Source: the human T2T-CHM13v2.0 reference genome, Homo sapiens | Length of the DNA: 64,000 nt | Reading direction: 5' to 3' (one strand) | NCBI RefSeq assembly: GCF_009914755.1 | Contig: NC_060931.1 | Shown: piece by piece, positions 39,901-54,074 of the stretch | Position numbering within the stretch: the stretch's first letter is position 1 | Layout of the letters: each line of letters begins with the position of its first letter | Made by a program: the position numbers and the translations under genes | The notes under the pieces: generated by a model | The model's input: the letters and a program-made list of their open reading frames with translations, nothing else | Database searches by the model: none | Told to the model about the DNA's origin: nothing

Positions 39901-42420
39901 AACCACCACCACCATTCTAACAATCTGATAATGTACACGTATGACTTCAGATAAAACTTCCAATTAAGATATCATACATGGATTCCCAAAAGTATCATGT
40001 CTTAACAACTTAGGTAGACCGAAAAAAGAGGTTCTAGTGATGACAAAGGCTCTGATGTTGAAAATGCATGTAGAGACTTAAAATGAAATTTCTAAACTAA
40101 AATTTTATATAACAAATATGTATTAACTAAATATCACAAATGAAAATATGATTATTGGCATATTAAAGTGTAGTCAATTTAGTGGGGAATGGGACTATCT
40201 TATATTGATGAATTCCTTATATGAGGCATATACTGTATTTAAATATAGTCAACAATTTACTGCAGAAACAGAGATACAACTATAAGTGTTTATAATTCTT
40301 CGAGATAATGAAACCATGCTTCAGATGTGATTCATGGCTTCTTGGAACTGGAGGGACTGCAGACATAATGTGGTTCATCACTATTTTTCAATAGATGAGA
40401 AAACCAAGATCAAAAATAGTATGTCTTGCTTTGTATTTCATGTTTTTTATACTCTTGACTTCTGAGTTAAGTACTTGTGCACCAACTATCGCAATCACCT
40501 TTCTCTTCTTGTATTTACATGCAATGTAACAACATACAGTTTGGGCGATTAATAATATTCCTTTTTTTCTTTTAATAATAGTTATTTGTCTGAATTTAGG
40601 AAAATGATAGCAGTATTAAGCCTGAAACTCAGATCTAGTCCTAATCTGGTTGTTCTATTTTATCAAAACTATATAAAATTGATATGAACATACTGTTCAC
40701 CATAATTAACTATGAACTGTACATTCAATATAACTTTTAACCATGAAGCCTATCTCAAACTTTGCGTTTGATTTTTTAAAAATATGAATGAAAAGTTGTA
40801 CTAGTGATAAAGTCTTGGGAAGAGGAAGGAATAATATGAATGGCCCTGTGCCCTCTTAAAGGGGAAAAAACTGTGAAGAATTTTGAGAATGCTTTCGTTC
40901 CCTGTGGACAAATTTCTCTCTTCCAGGGAGAGACAGTTAAAACCAATCCATTGATCCATTTTTTTCGTGAACAGCCATTGCAGCAGCCACACATTGAACC
41001 CATTTGTGAGGCCTTCACATAACAAGATGTAGAGAGAAAGTCTCTTAGTTTGGATCTTTGTGTAATATTTTTCTTTGCTTTTCCCCTTTTTCCTTCTCTA
41101 CCCAAATCCATTACCTCATCTTCTCTTCATACCCCCATCCCCAACAATTTGAAATAAATACTAAAGAATTGGTTGAGGAGGGGAAGGAGGAGATTGTTGG
41201 TCATTGAGGAAATATGTTTGTTGGCTAATTGTGTCTTGAGTAGCTTCAAGGATTTTTAAAGAAATACCTACTGGAAGGTGCAGCTCTCCCTCACCCACTT
41301 CTGGCTGCCTCTGAGAGTCACTGTATATATTGCACCGGGTTTCAGAAACTGGAGAATCCATTGGGAAATGCCTTTAAAATAACCTGTGAGAGAAAGAGAG
41401 CATGGCATATGCAAACCACTTTAGAGTCAAGAAGTTCTGGATGGATTGGAATCTCCTCTCAACTTGCTACCCAAGTGATCCACTGCCATCTCTGACTCCT
41501 ACTTGGCTTCCACCACTACAAAATAGCAATTGTTACCTTCTCAGACTATAATAAATACGAGTGTTAAAAGTGCCTAGGAAAGTGCCTGACGCATGTTCAA
41601 CTATCCAGAAATGGTAGCCATTATTAGGAATACTTTTATTATCATTATTATATTAATTATCCAGGCTTGATTGCTCTGAGTAGAGAAATAGAGGTTCCAT
41701 GAAAAGCAAGGCTGAGCTGGACTGAGAAGTGCTGCTACCCATTTGAAAGCTTATACCACATGAAAGACTTTATTATTACGCCTTTTTCTGTAATCTTGAG
41801 ACACATATTTTCTATCTACTGTTGTTTTAAAGGTCATCTTGAATTGATTCAGCCCCGTATCATCTAAGCACATCCCCTTTGCTAACCTGTTTATTAATAT
41901 TATGATAGTTGATATTTGACAGGGCACTGTTTCAGTAATGTTAATTCATATTCAATGCAAGAAAATATAAATTCTTAGAGGAAAAGAAACTTTAGTAACT
42001 GGAGAATTTAATAGCAGTTTTATTTTAATTCTTTAGTATTTGTTATTAATTTTCTATAAATATATCCAGATGTGGGTATAGTACATAGATTCTATTAACA
42101 AATTCTAATAATTATTTGATATGTTGTCTTCTGAAATTTTCTACCTCTGGACCTAGTTTTATCTTTTCGGAAAGTATCAATCCTTTGCCTATAGTAGAAA
42201 TATTTTAAATCAATTATACTGTTATACCTAGAGTAAAAGTAAGTTTGAAGTAACAAATACTCTGAGAACCAACATGCATTTTGCTTCTGTTTATTTCAGC
42301 AGGTAATTTGTTTTTCTAGCCAGGAATAAATTGAAATCCAGAAAAATTAGGTAAGCTTTATGTCTTATTTAGTGGATTTTCTTGTTTGGTCTGACCTCTC
42401 TTTTTTGCTCATGTTTTTAG

Positions 42421-42560
42421 GCTCAGCTATGTGAACCATGCAGAGGACCTGGCCTCCAAGCTCCTACAATGTTCCCCAAAGAACAGACTGTCGGCACAGG
42501 CTGCCTTGAGCCACGAGTATTTTAGTGACCTGCCGCCACGGCTATGGGAACTCACCGACA
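42421..42560 (+). CDS. CDK14: CDK14 coding exon (140 nt), LSYVNHAEDLASKLLQCSPKNRLSAQAALSHEYFSDLPPRLWELTD, kinase subdomain XI
   Basis: Branch-like CTGAC at 42391, pyrimidine tract and ttttAG ending 42420; donor CA|GTGAGT at 42561; CDK subdomain XI pattern (R.SA..AL.H.YF); the start of ORF 42431..42967 agrees. Confidence 0.97.
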
Positions 42561-42701
42561 GTGAGTATGACAAATCCACAACATCCAGTCCAAGCAGACA
42601 CATCATTTTATTTTGGCATCTGTATGTAACGTGTATGCAGAGATTCACATATTTGTGTGTCCACAAACATAAGATAATGTATGTTTGTATGTGCATTACA
42701 G

Positions 42702-42732
<31 letters not shown>

Positions 42733-42756
42733 GAGAGAGAGAGAGAGAGAGAGAGA
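42702..42756. repeat. Compound (GT)n(GA)n microsatellite
   Basis: Read directly; about 140 nt downstream of the exon donor. Confidence 0.92.
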
Positions 42757-45071
42757 ACAGGGGAAGGGGGGCCATGTGTATATATATTTAGTGGAATCCT
42801 GCCATTCATTTGCTAGCTTACCAGACACAGGAAGAAAATGGATTCCTTTTTTGCTATCTCTGCTCTGCAGTCTGCAGCTGTGCATCTTTGTATTTGATTA
42901 TGTGTGTGTCCAAAAAAATGATCTGAACAGTCATAAAGGAAAAGGAAAATATGATTTACATATTTAGTGCTTTATGCATACAGTACTTTTTAACTGGCTG
43001 CAGTACACAGAGGAGCCGATGATTCATTTCTGTTTGATTCTCAGAGACCATCTTGGTTGTAACAATAACCTTAAAAAGGGCTGCTATGCAGCGAGCTGAG
43101 GAGCAGAGTTGGCAATTGGCTAATGCACTGAATTGACATGTACAGACTGAAGACATGTAATTCATTTTAACTGCAAATGCTCTTGGTATTTGTACAGACA
43201 GCTCTTCTCTGAATCTTTTAAAACACATTCCTGGGTGGGTTTTGTTTTGTTTTTATAAAAGTCTACATATTTATACAGCCTTTTAAAATTACATTTTAAA
43301 TATTTGGGGGAGGATTTATGTCTGGGAGGATCTCAGATTTCTTCCAGAGTGTGAAACAGAATTCTTGTGAGATTTTGTAAAAACTATTGCCGTCAGAATA
43401 TTTTTGTTCAATGGTGATATGTTCTTTCCAAAGAACAATTAGAGATATTTCTTCTATACTCTTTTCTGATTGCCTTAAAAATGAACATACTGCATATATA
43501 CATTAATATTTATAATGTGTTTATTAATCCTTGGTATACATCACTTACAGTAGACATATGATTATTTCTTCATTATCTTGGATTTTAGACTTCTTTCATC
43601 CATCATAATATTGGATTCTCCTTGATGGCAATAACCCTTTATTTTGGAACTAAGTTCTAAGTGCAACTCCTCTTGGGTATTTCTATCCTAAATCTTTTTT
43701 TGATATCCCACATTTATTTCTCATTACTTTTTTTTAACCCTAAAGTCACTATAGATATATTAATCTACTACTCCCCTTAATGCTTAGCAAATCCTCCTTA
43801 ACATTTCACGTATTTCCAGCCCATGTTTACTCAACACTCTGCCCTTTCTAAAGTCTACTCACTGACTATTACAACAGCTATCCTCAATTTTTTTTAAATT
43901 AAAAATTAAATCCCTATGGGAAAATAATTTTCCTATACTGAAAACAAAAATGCTGTAAATAGGCTCACTAGTTTACGGCTCATCACACTCAAACATATGG
44001 TTTGTTTTCCCATTTAGTGTAACTTGTAACTTGGTATCACTCCTCCTTGGTGACATCTCAATCCCATCTGACTTGAAGATTGAGTTTAAGCCAGGATTTT
44101 GATGGTCTATGAATTCTGAATTCTGTAGTAGTACTTTTCTGTTAATATGGACTTATTACCCACTTGCCACTTAGTTTATCAGCCAGTGGTTAAATCCAGT
44201 TTCTATCAGTGAGTAAATGCCTACACATTATCACTCGGCAGCAGACTGCCAAGGGAGACAGCCTTGTCCCCGTCATTAACAAGCACAAAGTATGCAGAAC
44301 ACCAGAGGGGAATTAAAACCACAAAAAATACCTCAGGGTGGTATTTTTAATATGAGAATTTAATTTGTAATTTTACAGATTAAGAATTTTGGCTGCATTA
44401 ATCCCTTTATCAGCTCACAGCAGGCTATTTGCAGAAGCATAACCGTAAGGCGATATTCATTGGCAGAAACACGTCTTTGCATAACGTTAAACATCAGGAG
44501 CAGTGAAACCTTTTGAAGGGGGGAGAATAAAGATGAAAAATCATTATATTTTTAAACCAAGATTCTACTAAATGCCTCCGGTAACAATTTTGAGTTACAG
44601 AAATGCTATTTCTGTGTCTAGAAGATAATCATTATGAGGCATAAATCCAGTTGCAAGAAAGGACAATCCCAGTATTAAATACTATAGTCATTTCCATTTA
44701 GAACAACGTGGCTGTACTTGTAAACATGTTTACAAAACAAAGAATTCCCAGACTTTGGAGACTTTGGGAATTGGTTTCTTTAAGTGAAATGACTGGTTTG
44801 GGTGACTTATTATCTAGGTTAGTATTCTGCAGACTATATTTAGAAGTTTTTTAAATTTTTATAATTAAATTTCATATTAGCATAGAGTCTTGTAAAAGTT
44901 CACCATCTGGCAAAGGCAGCAGTGGCAGTGGCAGCAGTAGCAGCAGCACCTGTAATACCCTTACGTATTTCTTTTTTAAGGAGATTTGGAAGGAGATCCA
45001 CCTGGGAAGAAGTGTTACAGAACCAGTAAATGGATTGTCTTAGCAACCAAGCTGTAGTTTAGGAACCTCGC

Positions 45072-45425
45072 TGTCTTAGTTTGGTCACACTGCAATAACA
45101 AAATACCTTAGACTGGGTGGCTTAAACAGCAGACATTTATTTCTCTTGGGGATGGGAGGTCCAAGATAAAGGTGCCAGCAGATTCGGTTCCTGGTAAGGT
45201 CTTTCTTCTCAGTTTGTGAAGGGCACCTTGCTGTGTCTTCACAGGGTGGAGAGAGCAATCTCTTCCTCTTCTCACAAAGCCATTAATCTCATCATGAGGG
45301 CCCCTCCCTTATGAGTTCATCTAACCCTAATTACCCTCCTAAGGCCCCATCTCCAAATGCCATCACATTAGGGGTTAGGGCTTCAACAGATGAATTTGAG
45401 GACGGACACAATTCAATCCATAGCA
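45072..45425 (-). mobile_element. MLT1A-like solo LTR
   Basis: tgtcttagttt..aataacaaaatacc..agactgggtggcttaaac..catcacattaggggttaggg..tccatagca (TG...CA termini). Confidence 0.82.
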
Positions 45426-46184
45426 CTCTCATTCTTAAAGATGGCTCATAGCACTTTCTAAAGAATTTCCACAAGAGGAAAACACTTATGCAAGCAGGAA
45501 GCAAAGTCAGGTTAAAAGGAGAAGATGGGAACAAAAATAAGTTACAAGTAGATTTGAGCCTTCTTGGCCTAGTGTAATATGTCAGACCCCATGAGAAGGG
45601 CATCAAGTGTGGTTGGAGCCTGAGTAACACAGAGCCCTGCAGTCATTTCATAGATTCGTACAAAAGTGAAATTACGGGCTTATGTCAGACTCTGGCTTTG
45701 GAAGAATACATAGTAATGTAATATCTTTCTTTAGTATACTATTCCTTAAAACCTCATCAGGTTACATAGTACCAAAATTTAGAGGTAATGTATTAGTGTG
45801 GCACTGAAGCAGGAATTATAAAAGCAGAAAGCAAGAATAATGGTACAGTTATCTGGGGATCTGGCTGTTAAAGCTGGCTAATTCTGGTGGCACCCTGTCA
45901 TTCTCCCTCTGTCCTGAAACCCCAACAGCTTTGTCCCACTTCTTCTCAAAGATTTAATTGCAGGGAAGTAAATGGAGGGCTGATTTAGAAGAAATTCATT
46001 ACTTTTCCCAAATACACCACAGGGCATTCTCCTGCATATACTATCAAGTTACATAAATAATTGAAGCTGAACTACCCTTGTCAAAGTAAATGAACAAAAT
46101 ACACTTCATAGCACAGAGTCCTTGATTTTATTACACTCATTTGCTAATTCACAAAACTCAAATTCAGTGAAAGAAGGCCAACAA

Positions 46185-46375
46185 ATCAGTACAGTGTGAA
46201 GAGCACTGAACTGGGAATCAGACCACCTGGATTGCAGCTTCAGCTCCACTGTTAACTAGCCAGGGAACTTTGGACAAGTGCCTTGGTCTCTCTGAGCTTC
46301 CCATTTCTCACTTAAGGAGCAAGTGAGGTGGGCACAGTAGTCTCCAGGGACCTTTCTAGCTCTAGAGTTTGTCGA
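46185..46375 (+). mobile_element. MIR SINE
   Basis: gagcactgaactgggaatcagac..ctttggacaagtg..tctctgagcttc. Confidence 0.65.
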
Positions 46376-46529
46376 TTTTCCCACATATTCCTGTATATGT
46401 TCTGTATATCATCCTAGAACAGCATAATGCTCTTAATGTAGCTCTATGCTGTCTTTTTAAAAATAAAACAGGTGCACCCATTTCAGATTTAAGATTTGCT
46501 ACCTTCAGTTCGTAGACTTTCATGCTGTT

Positions 46530-47645
46530 TTGAATCCTTTACAACCAGGCTTTTGTGTCCACAACGCCTGGCTTTCGAAGTCTCTATCCATTGGTCTTTT
46601 CCCAGCCTATCGAAGATTCAACACAATTGACAACCATCTCCTCCTACTAATACTTCTTTCGCTTGGTTTCCAGGACAGTATTCTCTCATTGCTTTCCTTT
46701 AGTTTAGAAAACTAAAGTCTCCTGTTCACACTCCTTTGCTGATTTCTCCTCATCTGCCAGACCTTTCACATTAGAGTGTCCTGGGGCTGAATCCTCAGAT
46801 CTGTCTATCTGCATGGACTCCCTGGAGCCTAGATGATCTCATCCCATCTCATGATTTAAATATCATCTATACACTGGCAGTTTTCAAATATCCATCTCCA
46901 GTCCTGTCTTCCCTGACTTGACTTGCATATCCAACTGACACTCAACATTTCCATTTGACCATCTAGTAGGCCTCTCACACTTAATCTTACCAAAACTGAA
47001 CTCATCTTTCCCCTCAAACTTGCGCCTTCTCTAGTCTTACCGTTGTCAATAAATAGCAGCATCATTCTTCCAGTTGATGGAAGGTATCCCTAATCATCTT
47101 TTTTTGGTTCTACTCCACATTCAGTTCTTCCACAGACCGTATTGTTGCTACCTTCACAGTATATCCAGGATCATGCACGCTACTCCTCACTTCACTGCTA
47201 TCACGCTGCCCTCAGTCACTCACCATCTTTCACCCACATTTTTACAGTTGCCTCCTACCTGGTTTGCCTGCTTCTCTTCTTGCCTCCTTAAAGTCAGCTC
47301 TCACTGTTTCTTCTTCTTATATTTTGTGCTTGCTCTCCCTCTAGACATACGCATGGTTTGCCCTCTTACCTCATTTGATTCTCTCCACCAATGTCCCTTC
47401 TCAGGAGAGACTTCACTGACCTCCTTCCACCCTAAAACCTCCAGTTTCTCTTCTCTGCTTTATTTTTCTTCATAACATTTACCACTATTTAATATATTAT
47501 ATCTGTTTGGTTGCTTATTGCCTGTCTCCCCCAAATGGACTCTATAACAACAGGGATTTCCTTTCATTCTGATTTATTTAGTACAGGATTCTGAAATTCC
47601 CAGAACAGTGTGAGGCTCAATAAATATTTTTCCAATGAATGAGAG
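46530..47645 (+). mobile_element. LINE-2 fragment
   Basis: Pyrimidine-rich L2 ORF2 remnant (ccaaaactgaactcatctt) ending in ctcaataaatattt..aatgaatga. Confidence 0.75.
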
Positions 47646-47943
47646 AATGGCACAAAGGAAGGGCAAAATATGTTGTTTCCCAATCTAAGTTCATTGTTCT
47701 AGATCAGAGAAATGTGGGAGATAGTCTGAGCTGTGGTTCTGAGGGAAAGACAGACCATCCTATCATATGTTTGCAAATGTGTGTGTGCCTGCGACCACCT
47801 GGCATTTCAAAGATCAAAACATACCATGATGTTCAGTGTGCTGGGCATCCAAACTTGCATCTCAGTCTCCATTTTTTTTAAAAAAAAACATGATTATAAA
47901 TATCTATAACTATATAAATGAAAACTTCATATTCTGTCCACAG

Positions 47944-48059
47944 TGTCTTCTATTTTTACTGTCCCAAATGTGAGATTGCAACCAGAAGCTGGAGAAAGCA
48001 TGCGGGCCTTTGGGAAAAACAATAGTTATGGCAAAAGTCTATCAAACAGCAAGCACTGA
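47944..48059 (+). CDS. CDK14: CDK14 last coding exon, (M)SSIFTVPNVRLQPEAGESMRAFGKNNSYGKSLSNSKH*; the exon continues as UTR to 48087
   Basis: Acceptor ccacAG ending 47943; A|TG phase continues from the previous exon; TGA at 48057-48059; donor CAG|GTAAGA at 48088. Confidence 0.96.
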
Positions 48060-48087
48060 CAAGCAGCACATTCTCAAGAGCACACAG
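48060..48087 (+). other. CDK14: First 28 nt of the CDK14 3'UTR, followed by a 3'UTR intron
   Basis: Strong donor CAG|GTAAGA 28 nt after the stop codon; no terminal exon was recognised downstream in the window. Confidence 0.85.
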
Positions 48088-48374
48088 GTAAGAGGACCTG
48101 CTTTACCTGGAAAGTAATATTTAATGGATATTGAACGGATTCTTTAAGTGAAATATTTCAGACTCGTTTTTTCACCAACTATCCTATGAGTCTCTTGTGT
48201 GCATTATGGCATTCATCAGACCTATTGAGATAGAATGCACTCAGTCATTTCCATATTTTCAGGCACCTACTAGATTCTAACTAAAATTATACTTATGCTT
48301 TTATTTATGTAGTCATAGGCAAACCATTTTAGTTATAAGCAAGTCATCTTAACTACTCACATTCCTCATGGAGA

Positions 48375-48680
48375 TTAGAAAAAGGTTCACTTTGGGCTGT
48401 ATCTAAGCCACAGACCTACTTTGTTTTGCCCATGCAATTTTTCTAATTAGTTGTTCTCATTTTAAAATGGGGAGATTACACACAAAATCTAGATTTCTGG
48501 TTTTCCTTGAAAAATAAGCAACTCTAGCAATATTGCCTTCACATTCCTACCAGAAGTGTTTGCGTGTAACTGAATCATTGCTGCCTCCTTTGGAGGGGAT
48601 GTAGACTCCCCAGTTTAGTTTAGCTCCCATCTGGGCCACTTCACCTATTTCTGATTCCTGTCTGGCTCCTGGTACGGACC
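48375..48680. mobile_element. MER102-like hAT fragment
   Basis: aaatctagatttctggttttccttgaaaaat..ctagcaatattg..gctgcctcctttgga resembles the recalled consensus. Confidence 0.55.
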
Positions 48681-48782
48681 TTATCATGATGAAGCTTTTC
48701 TCTTTCACTATCAAATTCTTTGTCCTCTACTATTCTGCAGATAGGAAGCATAATCTAAACTTGGCAACCTCTAGCCATGTCA

Positions 48783-49473
<691 letters not shown>

Positions 49474-50412
49474 CTAAATTGATAGCATGGTAAAGAGAGC
49501 AAATTTTAAACTGTACACATTGTCTTGTGGGTAATCTGCCAGTATCTTGAGCTACTTCTGGACTTAGCTTTTGAATACCCTCAACATAGGGGTCAATTTT
49601 GGCCTATCAGGGGCATGGTGGAAAGTTATGAATGATTTGGAGATAAAAGATCTCCAGATAAAGTATGATGTATAAATGACAGTCAGAAGATGTTACTGTT
49701 AAACTTGCCACTCCATAGGTAAGAGTCTTCATTCTTCATGTTATTTCTCCCTGTTGAATAAAAAGCACAACTCTCGGTTGCATTTGTACTCCCACTCTGA
49801 ATTTCAATTGGTCAGACAAAGAGTGGGGCTAGGTTTTTGACAAGCTACCTCCTGGTATTGAGAATGGTTTTAATTCATGAGGGTTACAGCATATGCTTTT
49901 TTAAAGTATTTAACCTGCATTATCATAATGAGGGCCCTGGCTTTATAAATCCCTTCACCAATTCAGTGGAACAAAACAAAAAGTGGACTTTATTTGTGCT
50001 GCTACCTCATACACACATGCACACAAGCAAGCCTGAATTTCAATTGCAAGGCTGTGTTCCTCTTCTTGGCTCTTTTGAGATCCCCTGACCTGAGCCCAGC
50101 CAGTCAAAGCTGCTAGAACGTGTTTCAGCTCAGCTCCTCTTTGGGAAATCAAATCAAGCTCACAGGACAGAAGGGTTGCTCAGAAAGTCTCAAAGGTTGC
50201 TAATTGAAAAGAGATTTTTTTAAAAGGTGCTCAGAACTACAGTCATCAGTATATAAAAGCCTTTACAAAAATGTAAAAATGTATTTTCTTCACATATATT
50301 TTTTAAACTAGATGTCAGGTTATAACACAGTAGAAGCTTTTCCTCTAGAATTATTTGATAGCAATACAAATATTTTTTCTATGACGTTTGCCTTTTTCAC
50401 ATCAACTTGTAA

Positions 50413-50743
<331 letters not shown>

Positions 50744-53700
50744 TAGTTTTCTTCCCATCCAAATGCCTCAGCATGATTCAATATAATGCTGAGGAAACAA
50801 CCCAATTTCTCAGAAAAGCTACAGGGAAGATGGATTCTAAGAGTTTTCTGTCAGTCAGCAGAAAAAGAAATTATTTTAATGTCTCACCTTTGTGGAGTTT
50901 TTAAATAAATGGGACCATCTTCGAGATCAAATAATATAGCCTATTTATTGGCCTATTATATCTTGTGGAATGGCCTTTCTCTGACCAATACTGAATATCA
51001 TATAGACATTATAGAGCAAAATGTCTATGTAGATAAGGTATCCTTAGAGAAAAATCTGTAATTTCTTAGACTTTGATTTTGCGTTGCTGTTGAATTCATT
51101 GACTGTTTAGAGAAGGCTTTGGCATATTAAATTTCCTCAAATGTCCCAATTCTTTGTAATGCCTAGAGAGATTGGGAAGGAGAGGGAGGCCAAGGGGGTT
51201 GGGGGCTGAAGGAGACTAAAACTGGGCCGGCCGGCATTTTAACCATCTCTCTTTGGGGAGTTACAAGGAGGTAAATGTGGAAAATGCATTATATTACTTC
51301 TGTCTTTGAAATGGTAGAGGACTGAGTAGACAAGAATGTTTCAAGTCCTAATTTTTCTTCCAAACCTCAATGCCAAATTATTTCTTTCCTTGCATACCAA
51401 GGTCACTTCAATTATTTAGTTAATAATGCCAGATTTGCATAAATTGGTCTTAGTGGAAAATCTAATGAGATGCATTTGGCTTTGCAGCAGAAAGCAATTT
51501 TGGTTTCAGAGTCTTGTAACCAAATTAAATAAGAAGAAAACCATAAATACCTAAGTTAAAAATGGGATAGGTGCCACTGGATTATCAAAATACTGTGCTT
51601 CTTACATTTTGTTATCTTCTAAAGATATTAGTAAAGATTTCATAGATTCTTCTAACTCATTTTATCAGCACTGATGGGTAAGACCCTTCTAAAGTCTGAG
51701 AGAGCCTTAAATATACATAGAAATTTTCCCCAAGGAAAAGACTGGAAGCTGTATTGAATACCACATCCATTAGTATGACTTATTTTTGCATGCAGTGATA
51801 CCAAACACATCCCTCTGGTGAGCTTAATTTTCCACTTACTCTAAACTGGCATAGAAAGTGCATGGTCACTCTACTTCTCCTTTAGCTAAATATAAGGGAT
51901 AAGAAAGGTCTCTATTCTTTTAGATATGTTTTGTAATTTTTCTGAAATAGTATGTGCTCATTATGGAATATCTCTTTTCAATGAATCAGTTGGTTCACAG
52001 ACCCCATTCCTAATAAATTTACAAATGTTTGTCTAGTGCATGAAAGAATTTTATTTGGTTCAATTGCAAGAAGTTAACTGCATGCATGTTTTGGTGACCC
52101 TCTCCTTACCTTTTAGCCTCTTATTTCTGCAAATCCACATTATGTAGGAATTACATGATAATGAAAAAAAAATGTGTCGGACTCTCTACTTGGTCATTAA
52201 GCAGTAATTTCCTGTAAGTAGGCTGTTAGGTAAACAGAGTAGAATGCTCAATGAAATTTAATTAAATGAGATAAAGATTTTTTTAGAAACCTGCTTTTAG
52301 ACAGAACACAATGCACTGGTGCTTAAGACTGTGGCAGCACTGTCTGAACGTTAGTAGAATGGTGGTTCTTACTCGGTAGGCCACCTAGAGCTGTTTGCCA
52401 TCTCAACCGCCATCTCAACTCTGGAAACTGCTCCTAAAGAACAGCCACCTATTGCTCTCCTCCATGCTGTGACATTATGGCGGCTCACTTTTTCTGTCTT
52501 TGCATCAACTAACACAGCTTTCATGTTCCCTTCACTTCAGGGCTTCTGCTGACTTGTTTCTGCTTATTCATGGATTCTGCTTATTATCATTTCTCTTTGT
52601 CCCTCTACTTCTGGGGCAGTCTATTGCTGACCTCTTTTTGCCTCAGATTCAAACCCTCCCAGAGAGTGGCTCTGATTGATGTAGCCATCATCATGAAGTA
52701 GAGAGCAAAGCTGTTGTGTCAGTCACCCCTGTAGAAACTGCTGACTGACGGTAGGCTGCCTTGAGGTCAGGCTCTGAGCCCTGATCCAGTCAGCTGGGCC
52801 CAGAACTGGTTGGCCAACCTGTTTTTAAGGAAGCATTTGGAAGAGACTGCTGGGCTTAGCCCTTCAGAAACTTGGAGAAGGTTTTGGAAAGCAAGCAGTA
52901 TAGCTGGAAAGTGCCTTGCCTGGCCTGTATACTACTGAGTGAAAAATCAGGCAAGTACAGAGAGAAACTCCAGTTCTGATGGTGTGATATCTTCATTGTA
53001 TGATATTTTTAACTATTGACTAAAGGTCCTTTTAAGGTGTGTTGCATTTTCTCAACTATAGACACAAACGGAGATAATATCCATCAGCACTTTTCAATAT
53101 ATAAGAAACACAAGTGTTAGATCTAGGTTTCTTTCAGTACTAGGAAGATTTCTGGGGTTTTTCCTGCAAAAACTGCCATTTTCTGCATTATCCTACAATT
53201 TTTTTTTCCTATTAAACATCTGCAGTTTTATTATTTCTGTTATCTCATGTAATTGACAACAATTGTTGAAATGACGCTTAGAGGGGAAACAAACCTTAGT
53301 GTTCTTTGCAGGTTTCATCTGGAAGATTCCCTAGTTGTTACCATTACCCCCACATGACTGCCAATTAAAAAATATATCTTATTTGGGAAATTGACAGCAC
53401 TTTGAACCTCAAATGCATGATGCATATTATGAATATCCAAATGAGAAGAGGCCGGAATGCTATTAGTTTCCCCACCTCACCTCACCCCACCTCCACCCCA
53501 CCTTACCTTAGCTTCCTGTCTACCCTGGGGAGTCTGTTCTATCCTTTAAACGCTAATGCAAGTTTGTTTCTTCTCTCCTCCTTGTCCCTTCTCTGCCTCT
53601 CCACCCCTTCTTTTCTTTGGGTCAACTCTGATCTGTACTGTGCACCACTACCACCCTAACCCCATGCAAGTGTAGGCAGAGGACTCGCAGGCTCTCACCA

Positions 53701-53764
53701 CCTACTGGGATTGTCACAAAGCAGAATGAAAATAAAGTTGTATCATGCTTCCTTCAGAATGCAT

Positions 53765-54066
53765 TCTTAAAGCATTTTTGTTTTGTTTTGTTTTTTATTT
53801 TGTTATTTGTTTTTTTTAAGAGACAGGGTCTCGCTCTGTTGCTCAGGCTGAACTTCCTGTGTTCAAGCGATCCTCCCACCTCAGCTTCCCGAGTAGCTAG
53901 GACTACAGGTGCGCACCACCACACCTGGATCATTTTTAAATTTTTTTGTAAAGATGGAGTCTCGCTATGTTGTCTCAGCTGGTCTCAAACTCCTGGCCTT
54001 AAGCGATCATCCTGCTTTCGCCTCACAAAGTGTTGGGATTACAGGCATGAGCAACTATGCCCAGCC
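53765..54066 (-). mobile_element. Alu (AluJ-like, internally deleted), antisense
   Basis: T-rich tail and reverse-complement Alu; AAGCATTTTT on both sides. Confidence 0.9.
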
Positions 54067-54074
54067 TTCAAGCA

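Noticed and set aside
42431-42967. 178-aa ORF as a single-exon gene or alternative C-terminus
   Set aside because: Only the first ~43 codons are exon; a consensus donor lies at 42561 and the rest is intron read-through including (GT)n/(GA)n translation.
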